From the human T2T-CHM13v2.0 reference genome, Homo sapiens: DNA of 64,000 nucleotides. Where the stretch lies: NCBI GenBank assembly GCA_009914755.4, contig CP068257.2, positions 42,624,001-42,688,000 of the forward strand, in the 5' to 3' direction. The notes under the pieces are model-generated. The model saw only the letters and a program-made list of their open reading frames with translations. It was not told the DNA's origin and ran no database searches. Position 1 is the stretch's first letter; each line of letters opens with the position of its first letter. Both the position numbers and the translations under genes were made by a program. Below, piece after piece: positions 34,715 to 46,899 of this stretch.

Positions 34715-34885
34715 GTTGTCGGGTGCTTGGGGTGGCTCAGCTGTCTGGGGGGGGCTCGGCTGTCTGTCTCGGGGGGCTTGGCTGTCTGCGGGGGGCTCGG
34801 CTGTCTGGGGGGCTCGGCTGTCTTTCTGGGGGAGCTTGTCTGTCTGTCTGGGGGGCTTGGCTTTCTGGGTGTGTGTGGGATGCTT
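34715..34885 (+). repeat. G-rich minisatellite (18-22-bp unit GGGGGGCTYGGCTGTCTG x about 8) in PFKL intron 1
   Basis: ggggtggctcagctgtctggggggggctcggctgtctgtctcggggggcttggctgtctgcggggggctcggctgtctggggggctcggctgtctttctggggg... Confidence 0.85.
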
Positions 34886-36489
34886 GCTGGGTTCCCGCCC
34901 CAGTTTCAGCTGTAGCAGCCGTGCTCCCATCTATGTGGGGATGTGAGGGAGGCACTGTTCCTTTAGAGACGGCGTTGCTTGCTCAAGTGGAGAAGCTGCC
35001 AGTGTGGGCAGCTCCAGCTCCCTGCACGCTCTGTGCTCTGCCCATTCTAACGTCTGTGCCCCTTCTTCTGGATGGCTGCCGGGCTTGGCTCTGGCCCCCC
35101 TGTTGGATCCCCTGGCTGCTGGGTGGGGAGAGGGCCACCTACTGAACCTGAGGGTGGGTCTGGGTGAGTCCTGGCTCTGCTGCCACCTGCTGGGCTCTGG
35201 AAGGTCCCTCACCCTCCCTCTGGGATCTCATTGGATTCCTGTAGTGTGGGGATGGTGGCAGATACTCTGGCTGCTACGTGAGAACAGTGTGCCGATCCCT
35301 GGGGTTTCTCAAGGCGTGGCACCTCACCTCACACCTGCTCCCTGCTGCTGAGCCCCACGCCAAGCTGGAGAGCGGATGAGAAGCATGTGTAACCAGGGTA
35401 GAGGTCGAGAGTCCTCTCGTGGGGGTCTCCATGTTCAAGGGAGCTGCCGAGGCTTGAGCAGGAGCCCCCAGCAGGTCAGCACCTCCAGCCTCTGCAAGTA
35501 CAGGGGGGTGGGAGGGCAGGGGCTTTTGAGGGGCACGAGGCTTGGGGACAGAGGACCCGCATGGCTTAGGGATGGATGGCATGGTATGGGTGCTGGGAGG
35601 GAGGCAGGAAGAGCAGGGCTGGTCCCAGGGGCAAGCACAAACTCAGGCCTGTTACACGGCCCCAGACCTCACTCAGAAGGGGACCCTGGCCGCTGGCGTG
35701 GGTTTCCTCCTCTCTGAAGATTAGGTGGTCTTGGCTGCCCCTTTTGTATGAAGTCATGGATATCTTTTGAGATGGGGGCTCTCGGGAAGAAGGTGTGGGG
35801 TACATTAGCACCAGCGTTTCCTGAGTGCCGCCTCCCCCGTTAATGTCCCTCTCCAGGAAACTGGCTTTGCCAAGGCCCCCGCTGGGACAGACTGTTTCTT
35901 TCACTGCAGTCCTGGGAGCCGAGGGCAAGGGGACAGGAAAGAGGAAGTGACCTCAGAGCCTGGTGGCACCAGCATCATGTCCAGGCTGGGGGGTGAGGGT
36001 CCCTGAGGCCCTGGGGCAGGGCAGTGCTGTTCCCTGGGTGGCTGAGGCCGGAGGGGCTCTGTTCTCAGTCCCCCATCTCATTGCGGAGGAAGGAGCCCAA
36101 GCCCCTTCCAGCAGGTGCTTTCCTCAGTGCCCAGAGGTGCTCCCCGGCTTCTCCATCCCCACGCCGCAGCCTGAATGTCTGGGGTGGGGCCGGTGTGGGA
36201 GGTGCCGGCCTCTTTTCCACCTGCCCCACTTTTTATCCTGCTCTGTGGTCAAGGCCTGGCCCCGTGGCCTGTGAGTGTGGGGGCTCCGTGGCAGAGGTTG
36301 GGGCGGCGGGGTGTGGAGTTCGGGACACCCACACATGCCTGATTGCCATGCTCTGCATGGGATGTTCCCAGTTTATCTCTGGGCACCATACTCCAGGTGC
36401 TCGGAAGCTGAAGCCTAGAGCCTGCTGGGTTCACCCGAGCCTCCACCCGGGGGCCCAGGGCTGGTCCTCAAGTTTCCTGGCCTGGTGCC

Positions 36490-36700
36490 TCCTGAGATGG
36501 GGAGGGTGACCAGGCCTTCCCTACCCCCTGCCCTCTGAGATGGGGAGGGCGTCCGGGCCTTCCCTGACCCTTGCCCTCTTGAGATGAGGAGGGTGACCAG
36601 GGCCTTCCCCCACCACCCGCCCTCTGAGATGGACAGGGTGTCCAGGCCTCCCCTACCCCCTGTCCTCTGAGATGGGGAGGGTGTCCAGGGCCTTGCTTCT
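36490..36700 (+). repeat. Minisatellite (about 56-bp unit CCTCTGAGATGGGGAGGGTGWCCAGGSCCTTCCCTACCCCCTGC x about 4) ending about 35 nt upstream of the PFKL exon 2 acceptor
   Basis: Four head-to-tail units with scattered substitutions are visible. Confidence 0.85.
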
Positions 36701-36737
36701 CAGCGTGGGACTGACAGGTTTGCCCTGACCTCCACAG

Positions 36738-36811
36738 GCATGAACGCTGCTGTCCGGGCTGTGACGCGCATGGGCATTTATGTGGGTGCCAAAGTCTTCC
36801 TCATCTACGAG
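36738..36811 (+). CDS. PFKL: PFKL exon 2 (GMNAAVRAVTRMGIYVGAKVFLIYE)
   Basis: Acceptor cctccacag|GCATGA. Donor TACGAG|gtaagg. Confidence 0.9.
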
Positions 36812-38621
36812 GTAAGGCCAAGGTGGGCTGTGTGTGTGCAGGGAGTGGGGACCTCCTGAGGCGCATGCCGAGGTGTGTTCTGTGTGGGTCACACTGGGAG
36901 ACGGGGTGGTCCTGGCCTGGAGGAGCTGATGGGTATGTGGTCTTGGGGAGTGTGAGGGGGAGCTTGGGGCCAGGCCAAAGGCATCTGCAGAAAGAAGACC
37001 TACTGCCTTGGGACTCAGCCCGGCTGGAGGCTCAGAGGCTGCAGAGCACGGGCCTGGGGGCAGGGAAGGAGCTGGGTGGACAAGGAGTCGAGGCCCTGCC
37101 TACAGTGATCGCTGACGGGCCAGGCCCCACCCACCACACCCCTGCCTGGTGTCCCCCAGCCTGGCCCTTGTCCCGCCCCGAGGCCTCTGTGAGTGGGGGC
37201 CAGGGACCTCACCGCCTCTGCCCTTGTCCTCCCCAGCCTCCTGCCTCACCACCCAGACCCGGGGGGCAGCCGCTGGCAGCAGCTCTGCTGTGTCTATGTT
37301 CATTGTGTCCCCGCAGGAGCAGCGGATGCCCTACTGCCTCAGCCCCAGTCCCCGTGGGAGATTTGGGGCTCGCCCTCCGTCCTGGGTATTTACACACCCA
37401 CACTTGCGCTCACACATGTGCACACACAGGCGCATTCACACACTTGGGCCACACCACGCACTCACAGGCTGCATTCTTGCCTTGTCAGGTGGTTTTCCAC
37501 ATTCCACAAGACAAGGTCTTTTGTTATTTTGTTGCCACTTTTTATGTAATATGTAGCTGTTTATATAAAATGTAGCAACCCCAGCTCTGCAGCCCCAGGC
37601 ACTCAGCCCCACCCCCCTCACTGCTCACTGCTCGCTGCTGACCACTCACCGCCCTGGGTCTCAGTTCCCCCATCTTGGCCCCAGGGAACAGCAGCCTGTC
37701 CAGCCCTCCCTCTGCAGGACTGTGTGAATGAATGAGTGAGTGGGCAGTCTGTGCTGGCCCGTCCTCTCCCTGTGGCCAGGCTGGGGCCCTGCCAGTATTG
37801 GATTAGGAAGCAGGTCTCAGAGCCCTGGGGAGCTGGGTGTGGGGGCCTCTCTAGGCAGGCTGGGCTGTGTCCGTACAAACCCCTCCTGCCACCTGCTCGA
37901 CCTTCAGTTTCTTCTTCTAAGTGGCAAAGGGGAGAAATTAGGGTTTTCCGGAACCCCCACACATTTGTGGTTGGGAAAGACTCCTGTGGCAAAAGACAGA
38001 AAACAGGTTCATCGGTGCAGGGCGTGTCCTGGAAAAGGGGAGAAGAGGCACTTTGCCGTGCCTAGAGTCCTGGCTTCTGCAGAGCCCAGCAGAGACCAGT
38101 GCACATGGAGAAGCCGAGGGGTACAGGGACGCAGCGTGAGGCCCTCGGAGGTGGGGGAATGCAGGAGGGTGAGTTTATGGGAAAAAGAATGAAGTGGGTG
38201 GGCGCGGGTCCTGGGGCTGTCTCTGGGTCCTGAGGGCTGTGAGGGGCATTTACATCCTGTCCAGGCGGTAACAGGAGGAGCCTTAGTCTTGGGATGCTGT
38301 GTGCTGCTTTCCTCTCAAAGGGAGGCAAGGCTGAGAGCTTCCCTGAATCTGCTGCCTAGTGGGCTTTAGCTCAGAAACATCCACATCTAAGAGGCAGATT
38401 TTGAGATGAGACATTCTGATATAGCGGCCCAGGGAAGACTTCCCCTCCGTCCCATGAAGGTTCTTGGAAGAATCCACTTGCGAAAAGCGGATTAATAGGG
38501 CAGAGGTGCTGGCATTCATTGTGAATAGGCATGGAGAGGTAGGGCGAAGATGCTGACCTGCCCTCCTCCCAGGGAAAGGGGCATGGGCAGCCTGGATGAT
38601 TCTAGGGGGGTAGGAATTTTT

Positions 38622-38920
38622 TTTTTTTTTTTTTTTGAGACAGAGTCTCATTCTGTTGCCCAGGCTGGAGCGCAGTGGCACAATCTTGGCTCGCTGCAAC
38701 CTCTGCCTCCCAGGTTCAAGCAATTTTCCTGCCTCAGCCTCCTGAGTAGCTGGGATTACAGGCACCCACCACCACGCCCAGCTGTTTTTTGTATTTTTAG
38801 TAGAGACGGGGTTTCACCATGTTGGCCAGCCTGGTCTCGAACTCCTGGCCTCTGGTGATCCACCCGCCTCTGCTTCCCAAAGTGCTGGGATTACAGGCGC
38901 GAGCCACTGTGCACGGCCAT
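38622..38920 (-). mobile_element. Alu antisense in PFKL intron 2
   Basis: A T-run plus reverse-complement Alu ending ...gctgggattacaggcgcgagccactgtgcacggcc. Confidence 0.92.
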
Positions 38921-41062
38921 GAATGGTTTTTAGGGGATTCAATGGGCTTGGACAGCATCTGTTAGCCCTGGTGACCACCTGCCCAAGTGTGTTGGCAGAC
39001 ACAGGTCTTTCTTCCTACGATGACCTCAGTGCATGGAAACTCAGGGAGGGGACTGGCCGTCACTGTTCCTTTCTCCAGCAGCTATGGGCTTTAGGCAGAT
39101 TCGGGGGCTTCAGGGAGCAGCTGCATCCTGAGCTTGGAGGAGGCAGAGGGTCGAGAGGCAGAAGGGGGAGGTCAGGGAGACCTGCGGCTGCGTCAGTTCA
39201 CATCAGACTGCATTTTGGGTTTCTGAGCCCCCAGCGCTGGCTTCCTTCAGCAGGGAGACCGATCCCTTCTCCTTGGGGCTATTGTTAGGGCAGAAAGGGA
39301 GGGTGGCCTTGGAGGTGAAAACCCTTCTCAGTTCTGACACAAAGGAGGGCTCAGAACAGGCTACTCTTATCCCCCCAGGCAGAGCCCACAGCATAGCAGG
39401 GAGGGCCCTGAGCCTGGGTCCAGGCCTGCAGGGGTGAGAGGAGGGGGCGGGGCTAGAGGGGAAGGAGGGGAAGGTGAGCTGGGCCTAGGAGGACAGAGAC
39501 GGAAACAGAGTGGGTAGAGGGGGGCAAACAGCTTCTAGAAGATTCCAAGGGTAGGAGGAGGTTGTGTCTGTGAGACTGATTCCAGCAGAACTGAGCCACT
39601 GGCCTTGTGGGGTCTCTGGGGACTGCTGGGCTGGCCATACCTGCCTGCCCCTCCGCCCAGTGGGGCAGGGGCCTGGCTGGCGCCTGGGCTCTGTATTGGA
39701 TCCTGAGTTTTGCAGACAGACCTGTGTTTGGTGGCCTCCTGCTCAGGTGGGGCTGTGGGTTTGGGATCATTTTCCTGTTTTCCTTGTTCCTAGCTCAGGG
39801 CTGGTACAACCAGAGGGGGCCAGGCTGGCCTGGCCTGAGCCGGAGGAAGTAGCTCTGTGGTCCCTCAGATCAGCCCCTGAGATGGGGCAGGGGCACCTGT
39901 CCCCCAGCCCAGCTGGTGGGGAAGGGAGGCTGTCAGGCTAGAAGCCCGCCATGGCCAGAGTGGGGATGTTCATGCGCCCCGCAGCGCGCACTATCCCTTG
40001 ACCCCCTGCCTGCTTGAGGCACTTGCCCTCCTGGCCCCCAGGGCCCTGACACCTGGTTGGGGAGAAGGCGGAGGGAGGAGCAGAAGCCCACAGCTGAGCT
40101 GGCATCCGCCCTGGCCGAGGAATGGCTGCTCCACTGCCTCACCTCACGGCCTGGAGAAGGCTGCTGATGCCATGGAGGGACCGGGGCTGCACGGAGGAGG
40201 CCGCCCTTCTCCTCTCCACACCCTTAGTGAAATGCAGTCATGAGTGTCCCTCCCCTCAAACAACAAGAAAGGGCTGGCCGTGCAGTAGGAAACGGGCACG
40301 TGGCACGGAGGCTGTGCAGGTGCCATCTGGGAAATCCCAGGTAGAACCGCATGAGAGGCAGATCCACGGTACTGGATGGAAGGCCCAGTGTGGCCGGCGT
40401 GGCGGGACGCGGAGCCTGGAGCCCCTGCCTGGGGTGTTGCCGGCCCTACGAGCGATGGCCACTCGGGTCCCCTGGACCCAGGAGCTCCCTCGGGTGGGGG
40501 CCCGCCTGTAGGGAGGTGTGTGTGTTCTCAGCTTCCCGCTCTGGCGGGCAGATGGTAGCCTGGGCTGTTCACACGGCCGCCACACAGCAAGAGCACGCGC
40601 CGCACACCCCGCCGGCCGCATGCCTGGGAGGACTCCAGTGGGGACAGAAGGAGCCACGCACAGCAGCCTCTGTGGTGTCATTTCTAGGATGTTCAGAACA
40701 GGCAGACCTAGGATGCACCCTCAGGAGCTGGATGGCGGGCTCCGCTGGGGCCTTCGGGACGCTGAACTTGCCTGTGTGGATCTGGGTGGGGTGAGGGAGC
40801 TCAGACAGGCCCCTGCACCAAAGCACTTGCCACAGGAGTCACGCCCCGGGACACACGGACTCACCAGCTGTGCAGAGGGTGTCTGGAGCCCCCTAGGGGG
40901 CACCCGGACCCTGTTACCCAGGCCCTGGGATGATGGTGGGGCCTCACAGTCAGCACCCTGGTCCTGCTTTCTGCTGGTGGGGTGAAAATCCTGCTCCCAG
41001 ACCACTTGCTGCCGGCCGCCATGGGGTCCCCTATCTCATGCCTGCCCCACTCTTGATTTCAG

Positions 41063-41140
41063 GGCTATGAGGGCCTCGTGGAGGGAGGTGAGAACATCAA
41101 GCAGGCCAACTGGCTGAGCGTCTCCAACATCATCCAGCTG
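41063..41140 (+). CDS. PFKL: PFKL exon 3 (GYEGLVEGGENIKQANWLSVSNIIQL)
   Basis: Acceptor gatttcag|GGCTAT. Donor CAGCTG|gtgagg. Confidence 0.9.
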
Positions 41141-41164
41141 GTGAGGCCTGGGAACGCGGATGCA

Positions 41165-41600
41165 TGTTGCACTTGGACTCGCAGACAGACACACAGAGAC
41201 AGACCTGCACACACAGACACACACACAGAGACAGACACGTGCACAAACACACACATGCAGACACACAGACATGCACACAGACGCACACACACACAGATGT
41301 GCACACACACAGATGCGTGCACACACAGACCCGTGCACGGACACACAGGCGCGCACAGACACAGACACGTGCACAGACACACACAGACATGCACACATAC
41401 AGACACACAGACGTGCACACAGACACACAGACGCGCACACAGACACACACAGATGCACACAGACATGGAGACAGATACACATGGATAGACACATGCAGAC
41501 ACATAAATACACAGATACACACGTAGACACACAGATGCGCACACAGGTACACAGATACAGAAACATACAGACATATGTACTCAGAGTCACACACACACGT
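41165..41600 (+). repeat. Degenerate (CA)n/(GACA)n purine-pyrimidine tract, about 435 bp, starting 25 nt downstream of the PFKL exon 3 donor
   Basis: cagacacacagagacagacctgcacacacagacacacacacagagacagacacgtgcacaaacacacacatgcagacacacagacatgcacacagacgcacacacacacagatg... continues to about 41600. Confidence 0.9.
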
Positions 41601-42161
41601 GCCCCATCGCACAGGGACTCAGGTTCAGGCCGACCCTGTCATCTGCTGCCATGGAATTGTTGGGTCGCAGGGTCATGGGGTTGCCAGGGGCCAGGAGGAC
41701 CTGGAGACGTGGCCGTGCTGGGTCCTGGGGGAGCCCTGGCTGAGGCTGGCTATGAGGGGCCACGTGAGCGCACCTGGAGCTGCTGAGGCTTGAGCCCTGG
41801 AGGCCCTGGCCGGTTCCCTGAGTTGGTACAGGGCCTGTGTGTGCACATGTGCACGCACATGTGTGTGGCAACCTATGCGTGTGTGTACTGTGCTTTCCAG
41901 TCTCCAAAGCCTTCCACTCTATTACCTTGGGGCTTCCCAAGCCCAGGACCGGACGGACATCATCCTCCTCTTTGTCTCTCCAAGGAGAGAGGCCCAGGGA
42001 GGTAGGGCCACCTCAGGTTTCCAGAGACCCCGGGGCTTCTGCCTCTCACTCTGCAGGGTCTGCCAGCCCCTTGCTGCCCAGTCCTGGGGTCCCTCTGGTG
42101 ATCCCCAGGGGCTGTCTGCCGCCTGCCATCTCTCCTGAAGTTTCTGGTCTCCTCTGTGCAG

Positions 42162-42351
42162 GGCGGCACTATCATTGGCAGCGCTCGCTGCAAGGCCTTT
42201 ACCACCAGGGAGGGGCGCCGGGCAGCGGCCTACAACCTGGTCCAGCACGGCATCACCAACCTGTGCGTCATCGGCGGGGATGGCAGCCTTACAGGTGCCA
42301 ACATCTTCCGCAGCGAGTGGGGCAGCCTGCTGGAGGAGCTGGTGGCGGAAG
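42162..42351 (+). CDS. PFKL: PFKL exon 4 ([63 protein letters not shown])
   Basis: Acceptor ctctgtgcag|GGCGGC. Donor GGAAG|gtgggt. Confidence 0.9.
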
Positions 42352-43034
42352 GTGGGTCTGTGCCCGGCGCACTGTAGGCCCTGGGGTTTTGTTTTGCCGC
42401 TGCTGCCAGGCGTGGGAATGGGCAGGACAGAGGGACGAGGGATCCCTGGGTGCCCCGAGGCAGAGGAGGGGCTGTCTGGCCGTTGGCCGGGGAGGAGTGG
42501 TGTCTGCCAGCACGAGCTCAGATGTCTCCCAGAGATGGAGGTCAGTGCTCAAGCCTGAGGGAGGGCACCCAGGCAGTGCATGGGGCTGGTGGAGGCCGGT
42601 GTTGCTCACCCTACGCTGCGTAGACAAGTCTTCTCTGTGTTTGATCCGAGTGAGATTCTGGACATGCATGGTCACAGTCTGCAGAAATAGAGTTGAAGTT
42701 GGGGTGACATAAGACACAGAGTCCCGAGATTGCTGCTTGGAAAGTGGCCTCTCGGAGCCATGTCTGTTCCATGTCCCTCATGTGGGGGACCCTGATGTGA
42801 GGCCTTGGCCGCTCTGCAAGGCACCCCAGAGGTCCCCCGTCTGCACTTGGCCCCAGCGGATCCAGCCATGCTGCCACAGGGTTCCAGGCAGGAGGAGGCT
42901 GAGCCTGGAACTCCGGGGCCCCTGCCGGGCTGCACGCCTGGGATGCGGGGGAAGGGGTGGCAGGAGAGGGGTCTCTGGCCCTGTGGTGGGGCCAGTGGAG
43001 CCTCAGCCAGGTCCTCCTGCTGCTCCTGGCCCAG

Positions 43035-43200
43035 GTAAGATCTCAGAGACTACAGCCCGGACCTACTCGCACCTGAACATCGCGGGCCTAGTGGGCTCCA
43101 TCGATAACGACTTCTGCGGCACCGACATGACCATCGGCACGGACTCGGCCCTCCACCGCATCATGGAGGTCATCGATGCCATCACCACCACTGCCCAGAG
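43035..43200 (+). CDS. PFKL: PFKL exon 5 ([55 protein letters not shown])
   Basis: Acceptor ggcccag|GTAAGA; the exon starts with GT. Donor CCAGAG|gtgagt. Confidence 0.88.
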
Positions 43201-43694
43201 GTGAGTGAGGCTGGCGCCGGCGGCCAGCCCAGGGCCCCTCCTCCCCGCACGGTGGTGAGGTGGTCTCAGGGTGACGGCCATCTGCAAGGGCAGTGGACTC
43301 TGGTAGCCCCAGCATCCAGGCCAGCCGCCCTCAGCCCCCAGCTGGGGGAACGCACAGCGGGCTCCACTCCCACTCTGCCAGGCCGCGGGGGGCCTTTGTG
43401 CAGCCCCTTCTGAGGGGCAGCTGCTTGCCCTGGGGTGTGACGCCCCCAAAGGAAGTCCTGGGCTGGCCAGGCCTGGGCTTGGCAAATGACCCTCAGCCTG
43501 GGAGGAGATCAGTCGAAACCAGCCCAAAGGCTGGAAGGATCCCAAGGTATCTTTTAGCTCAGAGCCTGGGCATGAGAAGGGGCTGTCCCCTGCCTGCCTC
43601 TCCATCCACTGGGTCCCTTGAGCACCCCGCAGGGAATCGGGCTGGCAGGGCCGTGTGGCTGGCACTGATGCATCCTCCTGTTCCATCTCCACAG

Positions 43695-43739
43695 CCACCA
43701 GAGGACCTTCGTGCTGGAAGTGATGGGCCGGCACTGCGG
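43695..43739 (+). CDS. PFKL: PFKL exon 6 (SHQRTFVLEVMGRHC)
   Basis: Acceptor ctccacag|CCACCA. Donor TGCGG|gtgagg. Confidence 0.88.
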
Positions 43740-43969
43740 GTGAGGAGGGGCTTCCTGGCCCGCTGGGTGGCCCGGGTGCTGCTGGGGACCGCAGTGACAG
43801 GTGTGGCATATTTATTCTAGGGCTCAGTTAATGCCATGGGTGTGAGAGAGCCGGGTGGGGGCCGGGAGAGACAGAGAAGCTGTGGCCCAGAGTCGGACCT
43901 CTGGGTACAGGGAAGCTCCCCTCAACGGCTGGGTGGGGGTCCTGAGCAGGCAGGCGCTCGCTCCTCCAG

Positions 43970-44078
43970 GTACCTGGCGCTGGTATCTGCACTGGCCTCA
44001 GGGGCCGACTGGCTGTTCATCCCCGAGGCTCCACCCGAGGACGGCTGGGAGAACTTCATGTGTGAGAGGCTGGGTGAG
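43970..44078 (+). CDS. PFKL: PFKL exon 7 (GYLALVSALASGADWLFIPEAPPEDGWENFMCERLGE)
   Basis: Acceptor ctcctccag|GTACCT. Donor GGTGAG|gtgggt. Confidence 0.9.
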
Positions 44079-46300
44079 GTGGGTGCCGTCCAGCCTGCTG
44101 GGGGCCGCAGGTGTCCTGGTGCACTGGGTAGCGCCCCTGGGGTTTTGGGACCAGCCTTGACCAACTCATCTATCACTCATGGGTTCATCAGCAGCTGCAG
44201 GTGCCCCTTGGGGGCGGGACACGCAAGGAGTGGGGGGCTACGGGGCTGACCTCAGTGAGGCACCTGTGGTCCTGCCCCCAGTGGGCAGGAGGCGGAGAGG
44301 GTCACTCAGGCTGCCGCCGCCCCAGGCTCAGCCCCGTGGTCAGTGTGGGGAGCTTGGTGAGGCTGCTTACTGGGGTGGGACTGCTGAGCCTGGGGCGGTG
44401 GGAGGTGGTTGGTTGTGAGGGAGTGGCCCCAGCAAGGTCCAGACGGCAGGGCTGTGGGGGTGGCGAGGCCAGGAGCTGGGCCAGTGGGGAGCAGGGCCTT
44501 CCCCTGAGGGCGGTCGGGGCCCAGGGGTGGGTTCTAGGCTGGAAAGATGTGTCGGAACGTGGCTGTAGCCACAGGGTGGACAGGAGGTCCCGGAAGCAGG
44601 AGAGGGTGGGGAGGCTGCTGGGAGGCCGAGACCGCCTCTGGGAGGGATGGGGGGGTGCCTGGTGGGGAGGGGTGTGTCTGGAGTGGGGGTGCCTGGAATG
44701 CCGCCCTCTGGTTCCCTTGGGGTGGAGTTGGGGGCTCTGGCCTAGAACAGGCTGACACTGCCCTGTGGACCCTGAGACCCCTCAACTGGGACAGGTCGGC
44801 CCCTTGGTGGGGTGGGGCTCAATGGTGGACCAGAGGCACGGGCCATTCAGGCTGTCCTTCGCCCACACCCGACCATGCAGGGCAAGGCCAGGGGCCCCCG
44901 TGGCTCTAGCTCTGTCCTCTGTGCGCTGAGGCTGAGGCAGGACCACTGGAACCAGCCCTGGGGGCAGAGGGTGGGTTTGGGACTGACACGGTATCCCTGT
45001 CCCCGTGTGAAGGTGGCAGCGTCACTCCCATCTGTGTGGACACTGGTTCCACCTCCGCGTGGCTGTACAGTGCTGCCGAGGGCAGTGGGAGAGGCCGTGG
45101 GTAATGACCTGGCTTCTAGAACCTTCCCCAGTGGAGCCTAGGGGCCGGGCGGAGATGGAGCCCAACAGGCGAGGCTGGCCCAAGGTGCGGGTCCTATGAG
45201 GGGCTTGCTCTCCTAGGGCAGGGACTTCCCGGGGGTTCCGGCTCCAGTGGTGACCTTGGCCTTAGCTTATGTCTGTGACTCACATTGGGCCCTCCTGGAA
45301 GTGGCCTGGATGCAAGGTCGGCCCACCTGGTTCCTTCCTGCTCTGTGTGAGCAGCTCAGGCCCTCACTGAGAGTCTGTTTCCCCCTGTAACATGCGGGTT
45401 CCCGCCTTGCCCACCACCCAGGGTGCACTGGGGCAGGGAGGGTGGCACAGCTCTCCTGCTGGACCTGCAGCCCATCTTCCGGGTGTCTGACCTCACCTGC
45501 ACTGGCGCCACCTCCTCCAGGTAGCCCTCCACTCCCACCACACCCGGGCCCTGTCTGAGCTGCTCCAACCCTGTCCCTGTAGGAGGCATTGTGGCCCGTG
45601 GTGGGCAAACATGGGGCTTGTGGCTCAGAGCGAGTCCCACAAATGTTGGCTGGGTCATTGAAGTGGACGGCCGAAAAGCTCTTTCAGTTCCCAGAGAGCT
45701 GGGCCGCGGCTGGTGTGTGGTGCTGAGGCAGCAGCCTGAGGCTGGCAGAGGGGATGGTGTGTCCTATGTGCACCAGTGTGGACCCACAGTGGCTTCAGGG
45801 TGCAGGGTGTCCGGGGAGCCCTGGCTGGTGCCAGCGATGCGGGGCCCCTGGTTATAAGGATGAGCAGATGGAAGCTCACAGGGGCCCCAGGTACCTGGCC
45901 CAGGCTAGCCCGGGCAGGCCCCTCTGCCCTGTGCCCCGTGGAGCTGCAGCCCTGTGCGTCTTCCCGCCTGGAAGGCTTCACCAGACACAAGGGCCCAGCC
46001 CCAGCTGTGTGTGTGCTGGGCCCAGCCCCGAGGGCCCCCTTCCTCCCCTGCTGCCCTTCCCAGGCTTTCGGGCAGAGCCCTCTTGTTCACCGCCTCCAGG
46101 AGGGCGGGGCGTCCTAGTGGGCCCAGCCTCATCTCTGCCCTCGCGCTCCAGGCCTGCTTTCCTCCTGCCGGGTGGGGATTGTGCCCTGGCCCATGTGGGT
46201 TGGGAATGGTGGCCCCAGGGAGGGCTCCTGGCACCCGGGGGCTGTGTCCGGGGCAGGTTTCCCTGCCTGGCAGCTGAGCCCTGTCGTGTCTTTGACCCAG

Positions 46301-46899
<599 letters not shown>

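Noticed and set aside
41036-41786. Cys/Val-rich (CVCVCV) and His/Thr-rich (HTHTDTQ) ORFs on both strands
   Set aside because: They are translations of the (CA)n/(GACA)n tract in PFKL intron 3. They are not coding.
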